Shown here piece after piece: positions 40,312-49,662 of a DNA stretch of 64,000 bases (its first letter is position 1; each line of letters opens with the position of its first letter). Under the pieces are notes generated by a model, which had not been told where the DNA came from, ran no database searches, and saw only the letters and a program-made list of their open reading frames with translations. Both the position numbers and the translations under genes were made by a program. The DNA comes from Patescibacteria group bacterium (GTDB lineage Bacteria > Patescibacteriota > Minisyncoccia > Phycocordibacterales > UBA9973). The stretch lies in contig JAGWUB010000001.1 in NCBI GenBank assembly GCA_028868715.1, positions 183,206 to 247,205 on the forward strand, given 5' to 3'.

Positions 40312-40564
40312 CGATATGGAACTAAAGGCAATCAATCCGACTATACACACTTACCCCCTTGTCAGGTTATTACAGGGTGCTATAATGACTATGCGTCCTA
40401 CAAGTTTGAATATGTGCACAGGGTATTTGCCTTTTTATGGCTCCAATTGCGGGCTGAAAGGGGCGACTACCTCTCCACAATTGGTTGCCTTGTGCAATTC
40501 AATCTTGTGGGACGCAGAGCTCTGGTCGTCCCTTTTTGATTTTAGTGGGACGGTCAGAGAAAGA

Positions 40565-41167
40565 ATGACTATGTCCCACTTATTGAATAAAGTTATCAAG
40601 TTTTTCAAAGAGAGCTATTCTCCGAAGTTGAGAAGAGTTCTCTTTGGGATTCTTATTTTAGGATTGGCAGGAATCTGGTTTGTTGGCAGCTATCAGCACT
40701 CAACGATTGACTCACGCATTGCAGAACGTAAAACGCAGATTGGGCAAGAACGTGAACGAAAAGAAATCGGAGCGCAACAATACTACGACGATTGCCTGCA
40801 AAGAGAATCAACAAAACCGAAAGGACAATTTTATTTCTCTCCCTGCTTCCATCCAACACTTCTGCCGCTTGAGACGGAATACCAGTACGACAAACAACTT
40901 CGCGGACTTGGAGATTTGAAAAACAATCTTGAGTCGGGATTCTTCTACTTCGTTTTTCTCCTATGTCTTGCCGCACTCACCATCGCCATACCAGTAGTGC
41001 GATTACTCTGGCTTCTGGGTAAACTTTCGTGGAGTAAAAGCAAAATAGCAACAGCCTCATTGCGTTCGGAGTCAGCGCAGATGTCGAGTTTCCAGAAATA
41101 CTCACTCGTCTTGTCGGCACTCATTTTGATTGCGCTCATAACGATGATTTTGATTTTGCTTACATAA
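40565..41167 (+). CDS. Membrane protein (3 TM)
   Basis: Start re-assigned to MTMSHLL downstream of the structured leader; hydrophobic segments. Confidence 0.65.
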   Translation: MTMSHLLNKVIKFFKESYSPKLRRVLFGILILGLAGIWFVGSYQHSTIDSRIAERKTQIGQERERKEIGAQQYYDDCLQRESTKPKGQFYFSPCFHPTLLPLETEYQYDKQLRGLGDLKNNLESGFFYFVFLLCLAALTIAIPVVRLLWLLGKLSWSKSKIATASLRSESAQMSSFQKYSLVLSALILIALITMILILLT

Positions 41168-41171
41168 AACT

Positions 41172-41282
41172 ATGAAAAAACAAACTGCAAAAACCAAATC
41201 AAAGAAAAAGCCGCGCAAGGATAAGAGTGCGGAGATTCAAGTCGTCTTCTTTGCGAAGCATCCCAAGAATCCAAAACTATGA
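41172..41282 (+). CDS. Putative 36-aa basic peptide coupled to the recombinase
   Basis: MKKQTAKTKSKKKPRKDKSAEIQVVFFAKHPKNPKL*; ATGA overlap with the recombinase start. Confidence 0.4.
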   Translation: MKKQTAKTKSKKKPRKDKSAEIQVVFFAKHPKNPKL

Positions 41283-43039
41283 ACAGAGCATCTGAACAAT
41301 CACGAATAAAGTTCATCGCTTACAGCCGAAAAAGCACGGAGAGCGAAGACCGCCAGGTGCTCTCTTTGAATGACCAGAAGCGCGAACTTGAAGACGTACA
41401 GGCAAAAGAGAAGCTGCACGTTGTTGAGAAGTATCTCGGAGACAAGATAGGAGAAAGCCAGTCAGCCTATAAGCGCGGCAGACCTATTTTCGGGCACGTA
41501 ATGGAGCAAATAGAGGCTGGCAAAGCCAATGGTTTGCTTGTGTGGCATCCGAACCGCCTTGCACGCAATGCTTTTGATGGTGGTTGGATTATCACGGCAA
41601 TGGACGAAGGAAAGTTGCTGGAGATACGAACTCCGCAGAAGACCTACCATCACGACAATTCCGATGATAAGTTTTTCCTTCAACTTGAGTTCGGAATGGC
41701 AAAGAAGTCATCCGACGACAACAGCACTGCCGTAAAGCGCGGACTGAAAACAAAAGTCGGGATGGGTTGGTATCCGTCATACGCCCCACTCGGCTATCTC
41801 AACACCAAAGACAAAGACCTCAAAGGCAGCAATCATATTCAGATTGACCCAGAACGCTATCAAATTGTTCGTAAGATGTGGGACTTGATGCTCACGGGCA
41901 GATACACACCTCCAGAGATTTTGAGAATGGCAAACAAGCAGTGGAAGTTGAAGACGCGGACATCAAAGAAACGCCCTCTGCCTAAAGAAATGGCACGCAG
42001 TCATATCTATCGCATTTTCACCAACCCGTTTTACTGTGGATGGTTTGAATATGGCAAGCCAGTTCTTCAAGAAGACGGTACGCGACGTAAGCCGTGGTAC
42101 AAAGGCATTCACCAGCCGATGATAACGGTGGAAGAGTACGACCTCGTACAGAAACTTCTCAAAGAGAAAGGACGACCGCGCCCGAAGCGTCATCGTTTCG
42201 CTTTCACTGGTTTGATGCGCTGCGGCAACTGTGGTGCGATGATAACAGCGGAAGAGAAGATAAAGAAACAAAAGAACGGCAACGTGCATCATTACGTTTA
42301 CTATCGCTGCACGAAACGCAAGGATGAAAATTGTCCAGAGAAAACCGTCGAGCTGAAAGAATTGTCCAATCAGATTGATGATGTAATAAAAACAATTACC
42401 GTTTCGGAAGATTTCAAAGACTGGGGACTCCAGTATCTCCACGAAGTCCGCAAGGAAGAAGCAAAGACTCACGAAGCGGTGCAGAGAAGTAAGCAGAACG
42501 ATTCGCTGCGCATCACAAAGCAACTCGACAGCCTGGTGCTCAAGTACGCATCACCAGAGAATGCCAGTGGCGAGATTATCAGCGACATTGAGTTCCAGGG
42601 CTTGAAGAAGCGGTTGCTCGATGAAAAAGCAAGAATCACTAACGAGCTGCAAGAGCAGCACAAGGTGTTTGAGGACTGGCTGGATATGAGCGAGCGCACC
42701 TTCAATTTCGCACGCTACGCGGGTCTGTGGTTCGCCCAGGGCGATATGGAAACGAAGAGAGCCGTATTTGCCTGTCTCGGTTCGCACCTGGTTATTAGCA
42801 GCCAAAAACTCAACGTGCAGCTACGCAAGCCGTTCACTATGGTGTTCAAGAAGCTCGCGGAAGCGGAGAAGGAACTTGCCCAGGTTAGAACCTCTCTTGA
42901 ACCACAAAAAGCAGAAAACGCCCTCATAAAACAAAACAATCTTGCACTTGTCGTGCAAAATTGTTCAAACTGGCGGAGGCGGAGAGATTCGAACTCTCGA
43001 TACCTTTCGGTATGCCACCTTTCCAAGGTGGTGGAATAA
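41279..43039 (+). CDS. Large serine recombinase (integrase)
   Basis: YSRKSTESEDRQ..S catalytic motif, NRLARN, recombinase domain, CGNCG...YYRC zinc ribbon, coiled coil. The 3' end overlaps tRNA-Ser antisense. Confidence 0.95.
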   Translation: MNRASEQSRIKFIAYSRKSTESEDRQVLSLNDQKRELEDVQAKEKLHVVEKYLGDKIGESQSAYKRGRPIFGHVMEQIEAGKANGLLVWHPNRLARNAFDGGWIITAMDEGKLLEIRTPQKTYHHDNSDDKFFLQLEFGMAKKSSDDNSTAVKRGLKTKVGMGWYPSYAPLGYLNTKDKDLKGSNHIQIDPERYQIVRKMWDLMLTGRYTPPEILRMANKQWKLKTRTSKKRPLPKEMARSHIYRIFTNPFYCGWFEYGKPVLQEDGTRRKPWYKGIHQPMITVEEYDLVQKLLKEKGRPRPKRHRFAFTGLMRCGNCGAMITAEEKIKKQKNGNVHHYVYYRCTKRKDENCPEKTVELKELSNQIDDVIKTITVSEDFKDWGLQYLHEVRKEEAKTHEAVQRSKQNDSLRITKQLDSLVLKYASPENASGEIISDIEFQGLKKRLLDEKARITNELQEQHKVFEDWLDMSERTFNFARYAGLWFAQGDMETKRAVFACLGSHLVISSQKLNVQLRKPFTMVFKKLAEAEKELAQVRTSLEPQKAENALIKQNNLALVVQNCSNWRRRRDSNSRYLSVCHLSKVVE

Positions 43040-43058
43040 ACCGCTATCCGACGCCTCC
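42971..43058 (-). tRNA. tRNA-Ser(GGA)
   Basis: GGAGGCG/CGCCTCC acceptor, CCACC-TTGGAAA-GGTGG anticodon arm, long variable arm, G73, CCA. Confidence 0.95.
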
Positions 43059-43129
43059 AGTAAACTCCTGCTTATAATCTACATCATTTTAAGTAAAAAG
43101 AAAGTTTTATGCTATGATGATGTATCGTT

Positions 43130-43885
43130 ATGAAAAATATTTTTGTTATAAATAAAAAAGAAGGGGAAACTCCGCTTGAAGCCCTAGATAAGTTTAAAAA
43201 AAAGAATCAAAAGTACAACAACACAAAGATGACCTACGCTGGGCGACTTGATCCAATGGCGAGCGGCCTTTTACTTGTCTTGGCTGGCGAGGAAACAAAA
43301 AATAAAGAAAAATACCTCTCTTTAGACAAAGAATATGAATTTGAAGTTCTCTTTAGCTTTGCAACTGACACCTTTGATATTTTAGGGAAAGTCGTCTCTT
43401 CGGATAATTCTGCTGGAAAAGATCTAACAGAGGTGGAATTTAAGAAAAGTATTAAAAATAATTTAAAATATTTCACGGGAAAGTTTATACAGCAATATCC
43501 TATCTATTCTTCAAAGACAGTAAAAGGCAAACAACTTTTTGAATATGCTCGTGCAGGTTTAAACGTTGAGGTACCGAGTAGGTCCGTGTATGTGAAATCT
43601 TTGAAATTAATTAAACTACGCAATATTTCCAGTCGGAAGCTTTTAGCTAATGTTGAAAAAAGAATTTTAAAAGTTAATGGTGATTTTCGGCAAAAAGAAA
43701 TTTTAACTATCTGGAACAAATATTTAAATGTTGGCACGCACGACTATACAATTGCCAGTTTTAAAATTAAATGTAGTAGTGGCACCTATGTGCGGGGGAT
43801 AGCTGACAACTTAGGAAAAAGGATTGGTATTCCCGCCCTAGCATTTTCAATCAAAAGAACAAAAATTGGTAAGTGGAGTAAATAG
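43130..43885 (+). CDS. truB: tRNA pseudouridine(55) synthase TruB-like
   Basis: YAGRLDPMASGLL, KEY, TDTFD..G, CSSGTYVR. Confidence 0.88.
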   Translation: MKNIFVINKKEGETPLEALDKFKKKNQKYNNTKMTYAGRLDPMASGLLLVLAGEETKNKEKYLSLDKEYEFEVLFSFATDTFDILGKVVSSDNSAGKDLTEVEFKKSIKNNLKYFTGKFIQQYPIYSSKTVKGKQLFEYARAGLNVEVPSRSVYVKSLKLIKLRNISSRKLLANVEKRILKVNGDFRQKEILTIWNKYLNVGTHDYTIASFKIKCSSGTYVRGIADNLGKRIGIPALAFSIKRTKIGKWSK

Positions 43886-43908
43886 TATTCGAGTGTTAAA
43901 ATATGGCT

Positions 43909-46881
43909 ATGGCTAAGGAGGATATATTTGAAGAGGACTATAAAAAGTTAAATAAAGCCCAAAAAGAAGCCGTAGACACCATAGATGGGCCGGTAATGGT
44001 GGTAGCCGGCCCTGGTACTGGTAAAACGCAAATATTGGCCCTACGCATAGCAAATATACTAAAAAAGACCGATTACGGCTCTAGTAGTATTCTATGTCTG
44101 ACATTTACCAATTCTGCCGCTTTGGCAATGCGAGAAAGGCTACGTAAATATATTGGCGCAGAGGTTTCAAAAGTTAAGGTGGCGACTTTTCATAGTTTCG
44201 GGTTGGAAATGTTAGAAAAATATTATGCAGTTATAGGATTAGACGTAGAGCCAAAATTAATGGATGAAAAAGACACCATAACTCTCTGTGACGAAATTTT
44301 GCATCAAAATGATTGGGAGCATATTCGTCCTCGAGCAGATGCTTCGAGGTATTTCCACGATTTAAAAAGTTTGATTTCATTACTAAAACGAGAACGTTTA
44401 ACCCCAGACAAGTTTGAGAATGAAATAAAAAAAGAAATAAAAAATATTGAACAGGATCCCGCAAATATTTCTTCTCGAGGAGAAAGTAAAGGTAAACTGA
44501 AAAAGGAAGTAGAGAAAAAAATAGAAGGACTTTATCGAACTCTGGAGGCCGTAAAATTCTATAGTTTATATGAAGATGCTAAGCAGGAAAGAAATTTGTT
44601 TGATTACGATGATATTTTAGAATCCTTAAATAAAATAGTAGAAGAGTCCGATGAAGCCAATAGTTATATCAAAGAAAACTTTCTGTATGTATTAATAGAC
44701 GAACACCAAGATAGTAGTGGAGTGCAAAATGAATTTCTTTCCAAGGTTTGGAAAGGCTCGGAGGCACCGAATATTTTTGTAGTTGGAGATGATCGGCAAC
44801 TCATTTATGGTTTCGGTGGAGCCTCCCTAGAGTATTTTGATAATTTCAAAAGCACTTTTGGTAAAGCAAAATTAATTACTCTCACTGAAAATTATCGCTC
44901 CACCCAAAATATTTTGGATTCATCTCATAATTTGCTTCAAAGTACGCTTACCAAAGGTAAGCTGACGAGTAACCATAAAGAAAACCACGCTCTTCGTTTA
45001 ATCGAAGCATATTATCCAAGAGATGAGATAATTTTTTCAGCGCTGGAGATAAAGGATAAAATTAAACGTGGTCAGGATCCAAATGACATGGCAATCTTAG
45101 TCCCCAAAAATCGACAAGTGCGAAGTGCGGTTACAATATTAAAAACTATGGGCGTGCCTGTGGCCGGTGGAGAGTCTACAAATTTCTTTGAATCCAAAGA
45201 AGCGATTTCACTACTGCGAGTTCTAAAAATTATTGCAAACCCAAATGATGGTGTGGCACTAGCCAATTCTTTTTTTGACCCACTTTCGGGAATTTCTCCA
45301 ATCAAAGCGCACGAATTTTTACGAGATCAAAAAATGCGAGAATTCTCATTACTAAATATCAAAGAAGAGAAAAATAATTTATTTGAGAATAGTAGTGAAA
45401 TAAATGTGTGGCTCGGGAAACTAAAATTATGGTTGGAATTTTCGTCAGAATCTCTATATACTTTTATCCAAAAAGTTGGCACTGAATTTTTACTTGATAC
45501 TGCCAATAATCACGATGATTTAATTGTGCGTATTGAAGTTGTTCGTACGATACTTCACCTAGTCTTAATGCAGACAAATAAAAATTTAAAGCCAAATTTA
45601 GTTGAATTCTTAAATTTTTTAGACAGAGTTGAACAATATGGTGAAAATATACCACTTGCCATTTTTGCTCCTAACGATGGTGTGAAAGTTCTTACTTTAC
45701 ATGGATCCAAGGGCCTAGAATTTGATTATGTATGGATAGCCCACATGGACGAACGCTCTTTTTCTAGCGGGAAGGTAGGAGGGTTTTCTTTACCTGAATC
45801 CGTAAAAGTAAAAGTCGAAGTTCGTGATGAAGAGGTTTTGAAACGGCAATTATATGTTGCCATTACTCGCGCCAAAAGGTTTTGCACCATCTCCTATGCG
45901 ATCAATTCGTATGCAGGTAGGGATCAACAGCTTGCAAATATTGTGGCGGATATTGGAGACAGTTTTGAAAAACAAAATGCCGATGAAACAGAAAAAATTA
46001 TTTTAAAGAACAACGAGCTTGCTTATGTGGAAAATAAGCAGGAAGTGAATAAACATACAAACTTAAGTGACGTCATAAAGTTAGTTAAACAAGATTATGA
46101 AAACCGTAAGGTTTCCGTGTCTCTCTTGAACAACTTTTTCGAGTGTCCTTGGAAGTGGTATTTTAGAAATTTACTTCAACTGCCGGAACCAAAATCTGAA
46201 AGCTTGGAATTTGGTAATATTGTGCACGGTTCTATCGATCAAGTTTTAAAACTTACCAAAAAACCAAGTGAACAGGATTTGCATAAGATAATTTTACAAC
46301 AAGTTCAAAAATCTGGTTATGGTAACAATCGGAAGCAAAAAGAATTACTTGATTTAGCTTTTAAAATTGTCTCCAAGTGGGCAAACGAAAGACTTCCTGA
46401 AATAAGTAAAAATAGAGAAAACGAGCAAAGTGTTTCGGTCATCGATGATAATTTTCCACACCTAAATATTTACGGGAAAATAGACTTAATAGAACACTTA
46501 GATGTACAGCATATTCGAGTGACGGATTTTAAAACAGGTGGAGTTAGGAAAAAGTCTGAAATAGAAAAAATTGATGAGGAAGGGAGATTGAGCAATTACA
46601 TGCGCCAGCTAGCAATGTATTCATATTTGATCAAACAAAGCCCAAAGTGGAAAGTGGAAGTTAGTGAATCTAGGCTTGAGTTTGTGGAGGCGAAAAATAA
46701 GGCAGAGATTTTCTACAATACTATAATAAAAAATGAACAAATAAATTTAGTTGTGAAAGATATCAAAGATTATGATCAATTAGTGAAAACAGGCGAGTGG
46801 ATAGATAGGCCCTGCAACTACAATTCCTATGGTAAAAACACCGAGTGCGAATATTGCAAACTAGCTGGAATCTATAAATAA
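43909..46881 (+). CDS. UvrD/REP-family helicase with C-terminal PD-(D/E)XK nuclease (AdnAB-like)
   Basis: AGPGTGKT, IDEHQD, VGDDRQ.IY, ENYRS, YVAITRAK, GKIDLIE..DFKTG, QLAMY, terminal Cys cluster. Confidence 0.93.
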   Translation: MAKEDIFEEDYKKLNKAQKEAVDTIDGPVMVVAGPGTGKTQILALRIANILKKTDYGSSSILCLTFTNSAALAMRERLRKYIGAEVSKVKVATFHSFGLEMLEKYYAVIGLDVEPKLMDEKDTITLCDEILHQNDWEHIRPRADASRYFHDLKSLISLLKRERLTPDKFENEIKKEIKNIEQDPANISSRGESKGKLKKEVEKKIEGLYRTLEAVKFYSLYEDAKQERNLFDYDDILESLNKIVEESDEANSYIKENFLYVLIDEHQDSSGVQNEFLSKVWKGSEAPNIFVVGDDRQLIYGFGGASLEYFDNFKSTFGKAKLITLTENYRSTQNILDSSHNLLQSTLTKGKLTSNHKENHALRLIEAYYPRDEIIFSALEIKDKIKRGQDPNDMAILVPKNRQVRSAVTILKTMGVPVAGGESTNFFESKEAISLLRVLKIIANPNDGVALANSFFDPLSGISPIKAHEFLRDQKMREFSLLNIKEEKNNLFENSSEINVWLGKLKLWLEFSSESLYTFIQKVGTEFLLDTANNHDDLIVRIEVVRTILHLVLMQTNKNLKPNLVEFLNFLDRVEQYGENIPLAIFAPNDGVKVLTLHGSKGLEFDYVWIAHMDERSFSSGKVGGFSLPESVKVKVEVRDEEVLKRQLYVAITRAKRFCTISYAINSYAGRDQQLANIVADIGDSFEKQNADETEKIILKNNELAYVENKQEVNKHTNLSDVIKLVKQDYENRKVSVSLLNNFFECPWKWYFRNLLQLPEPKSESLEFGNIVHGSIDQVLKLTKKPSEQDLHKIILQQVQKSGYGNNRKQKELLDLAFKIVSKWANERLPEISKNRENEQSVSVIDDNFPHLNIYGKIDLIEHLDVQHIRVTDFKTGGVRKKSEIEKIDEEGRLSNYMRQLAMYSYLIKQSPKWKVEVSESRLEFVEAKNKAEIFYNTIIKNEQINLVVKDIKDYDQLVKTGEWIDRPCNYNSYGKNTECEYCKLAGIYK

Positions 46882-46882
46882 A

Positions 46883-46984
46883 CTAAAAAAGATATCTTGG
46901 ACCGTTGTCTAGCCAGCCCAGATAGTAGCCAATGATGGCAAAAACTATTGTTAAAATAATGAAAATTATATAAGTTTTTTTCAT
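46883..46984 (-). CDS. Putative 33-aa single-TM peptide
   Basis: MKKTYIIFIILTIVFAIIGYYLGWLDNGPRYLF*; TGATAGAAT lies just upstream of the ATG on the minus strand. Confidence 0.45.
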   Translation of the reverse strand: MKKTYIIFIILTIVFAIIGYYLGWLDNGPRYLF

Positions 46985-47049
46985 CCTTAAATTCTATCAC
47001 AGTATTCTTTTTGCTTGAAATTTGGTTCCATTGTCGTTAAGATGAGCTT

Positions 47050-47976
47050 ATGGTTGAAGAACAGTATCAAATAATTCTTTTTTATAAATATGTGCATTTA
47101 GATGATCCGGAGGCTGTAAAGCTTTGGCAGAAAGAGCTGTGTACTAAGCTTGGCTTAAAGGGGAGATGCATCATTGCGTCTGAGGGAATTAATGCCACAT
47201 TTGAAGGTACAAAGGAAAATATCAAAGAATACGTAAAGGAGCTAGAAAAAGACAAACGTTTTCAAGGTATTCATTTTAAACTGAGCGCGGGAACTGGAAA
47301 TGCTTTTCCAAAACTTTCTGTAAAAGTCCGTAAAGAAATAGTATCACTCCATTTGGGGGTTTGTGACATAGATCCAAATCAAATCACCGGCATTCATTTA
47401 AAGCCAGAGGAGCTCCACAAGTGGATACAAGAAAAAAAAGAATTTTATATTGTAGATATGAGGAATGCCTACGAGCATAAGGTGGGGCATTTTGAAAATT
47501 CTATCCTTCCGCCCATAGAGAATTTTCGTGATCTGCCAAAAGTTGTGGAGCAAATTGCTCATTTGAAAAATAAAACCGTGCTAACTGTTTGTACTGGAGG
47601 AGTACGTTGTGAAAAAGCTTCTGGATTTTTAATTACGGAAGGATTTACGGATGTATATCAACTAGATGGGGGAATAGTCAGCTATATGGAGAAATATCCA
47701 AATGAAAATTTTCAAGGAAAACTTTATGTTTTTGACGGGAGAGTTTCAATGGGGTTCTACACCGATGACAAGAAACATAAAGTAGTGGGTAAGTGCGATG
47801 TCTGTCTAGCGCCATCAGAGAATTTTGTAAACTGCTCAAATCCAGTATGTCATAGGCACTTTATAAGTTGCGAGAATTGCTTGGCCAAAAATGAAGGTAA
47901 GGCGCTTTGCCCAGGTGGATGTGTTCTTTCTCGTCATGGTAGAAAGATTAGTCCACTTGAGGTAAATTTGATATGA
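47050..47976 (+). CDS. trhO: tRNA uridine(34) hydroxylase TrhO (YceA/UPF0176 rhodanese)
   Basis: LFYKY, EGINAT, KVRKEIV, D.RN.YE..VGHF, CTGGVRCEKAS, YVFDGR. Confidence 0.9.
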   Translation: MVEEQYQIILFYKYVHLDDPEAVKLWQKELCTKLGLKGRCIIASEGINATFEGTKENIKEYVKELEKDKRFQGIHFKLSAGTGNAFPKLSVKVRKEIVSLHLGVCDIDPNQITGIHLKPEELHKWIQEKKEFYIVDMRNAYEHKVGHFENSILPPIENFRDLPKVVEQIAHLKNKTVLTVCTGGVRCEKASGFLITEGFTDVYQLDGGIVSYMEKYPNENFQGKLYVFDGRVSMGFYTDDKKHKVVGKCDVCLAPSENFVNCSNPVCHRHFISCENCLAKNEGKALCPGGCVLSRHGRKISPLEVNLI

Positions 47977-48010
47977 TTACTAAAGATTATTAGTCTAATT
48001 AATTTTATAT

Positions 48011-48283
48011 ATGCCGATCATAGATATACATGGTAAAAAAGTGAGTATTCCAGAAGGAAGTGATTCTGCAAAACATGCGGCGCACTTCTTGGAAAAGAAC
48101 CCTGAAAACGCTAAAGCTTTTTTTGATGAGGCCAAACTCAATGTTTATACTGGCAGTAAAACTGGGTTAACCCATTTTACCACCAATAAACCTGGCGGAT
48201 ATCACGGAGCTACTGAGTTTACGCTGATTCACACTGGTCATGACCAGTACGAACTCAGAAAGAGAGAACACCATATTTTTTAA
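48011..48283 (+). CDS. Hypothetical protein
   Basis: 90-aa ORF with no recognised motif. Confidence 0.6.
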   Translation: MPIIDIHGKKVSIPEGSDSAKHAAHFLEKNPENAKAFFDEAKLNVYTGSKTGLTHFTTNKPGGYHGATEFTLIHTGHDQYELRKREHHIF

Positions 48284-48288
48284 ATTGC

Positions 48289-49419
48289 TTAACGGATAGT
48301 TGCTCCGAAAATTTTTGCTGTTTCAGTCTCCAATTTTTTATGGACTTCATCTATCTCTTTTCCAGTGAGTGTCTTTTCCAGTGAGCGATAGGTGATTCTA
48401 TAGGCATAACTTACTTTTCCCTCACCAAATTTTTCAACGTTCTCATATTTATCCAAGAGTTCTACTTCTTCTATAATTCCAGGTGCCAATTCTCGGACAA
48501 AATCAAAATAATCATTTGGAACAAAATCTGTTTTGACTACAAAAGAAATATCTCTAACTATTGGAGGGTATTTACTAACTTCTTTAAATTTATTTCCAAG
48601 CTTCAGTTGTTTTTTAACGCGATCATCTTCGGACCAAAGTAATCGAATGTCTGGTAGCTGCATGCTGGCAATAGCTAAGCGCTCGAGCCCAAAACCAAAA
48701 GCCCAACCATGATAGCCCTCTAGCCCTAAATTTGATAAGACGCTTTTACGTACCATTCCACAGCCCAACATTTCAACCCATCTACCATTAATTTCTGCCT
48801 CCATTTCAAAACTAGGATCTGTATAAGGGAAGTTGTGGTCATAAAAACGAAAATTTATATTGCCAAAAATACTTGTGGCTATTTCCGAAAGAGTATTTTT
48901 TAAGTCCTCGGGGGTAATTGTTTTTTTATCATCTGGAGCTATCAGCCATCCACCAAACTGATGGAAAACATTCATGTGGTGACGATCAATTTCGTCTTTA
49001 CGGTAAACCTTACCATAACAAATAGCTCCAAGGGTTTCTTTATTTTCAATTCTCTTTTTTATATCTGGATGATTTAAGTAATAGTACCAAAAGACTGTGT
49101 CATGAGTTCGTAAAACATTTCCTTCATCTACATAATAAGTGTCGGATTTACTACGAGCTGGGTGTCCTTCGGGCATATTAAACAAATCAAACATAATATT
49201 TACCGGAATAATTTCTGGAATTTTTATATCATCAAAATCTTTAAGGCTCGGAACCTTTTTTGCTTTCTTTACAATTTCTTCGAGTGGGCTCCCAGAGGTT
49301 CGGGACAAATCCGGCATGGATAAATAGCGTTTTAAGCGGAGTGAGTATATATCCTGTTTTGAATCCAAGTCCCTTTTTAATGATTCTTCTTCGGGAGAAG
49401 TTACAATATAGTTTGACAT
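48289..49419 (-). CDS. pheS: Phenylalanyl-tRNA synthetase, single-chain type (catalytic + FDX-ACB)
   Basis: HPARSKSDTYY, YRKDEIDRHH..FHQ, FPYTDPSFE, AFGFGLERLA, C-terminal SKYPPIVRDISF...YRSLEKTLT. Confidence 0.93.
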   Translation of the reverse strand: MSNYIVTSPEEESLKRDLDSKQDIYSLRLKRYLSMPDLSRTSGSPLEEIVKKAKKVPSLKDFDDIKIPEIIPVNIMFDLFNMPEGHPARSKSDTYYVDEGNVLRTHDTVFWYYYLNHPDIKKRIENKETLGAICYGKVYRKDEIDRHHMNVFHQFGGWLIAPDDKKTITPEDLKNTLSEIATSIFGNINFRFYDHNFPYTDPSFEMEAEINGRWVEMLGCGMVRKSVLSNLGLEGYHGWAFGFGLERLAIASMQLPDIRLLWSEDDRVKKQLKLGNKFKEVSKYPPIVRDISFVVKTDFVPNDYFDFVRELAPGIIEEVELLDKYENVEKFGEGKVSYAYRITYRSLEKTLTGKEIDEVHKKLETETAKIFGATIR

Positions 49420-49608
49420 TTCTTTAGTTTAGGGAAAAATAGCTCAAAAGTAAAGCTTGGCAAGTTAAACCAAAAATGATATACTCTCAACGTGAATCAA
49501 GGTAAACATTCAAATAAAAATTCTGCATGTTTTAGCAAATATATTTGCCCTTCAACTTTTAGAAGGCTGATATTTGCGCTGTAAAAAATTTTAAAAAACT
49601 TACAACCT

Positions 49609-49640
49609 AAATACCAGTCTTCTAAAAAAGACTGGTATTT
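49609..49640 (+). terminator. Terminator-like hairpin in a leader region
   Basis: AAATACCAGTCTT-CTAAAA-AAGACTGGTATTT followed by T-rich sequence. Confidence 0.65.
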
Positions 49641-49662
49641 TGTTCTTTAGGAGAAAAAAACT

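Larger units (their letters stand above)
32523..42978. mobile_element. Integrative element (serine recombinase) inserted at the 3' end of tRNA-Ser(GGA), carrying defence cargo
   Basis: GCGGAG core at 32523-32528 and 42973-42978, recombinase at the right end, visible composition shift, R-M cargo. Confidence 0.85.

Noticed and set aside
40316-40564. N-terminal extension of the 283-aa ORF
   Set aside because: It spans a promoter and a stem-loop. The protein-like part starts at 40565.
42884-42892. GTTAGAACC shared with 32542-32550 as an alternative att core
   Set aside because: It does not touch the tRNA and would not restore a clean empty site. The GCGGAG core explains both the tRNA end and the reading frame.
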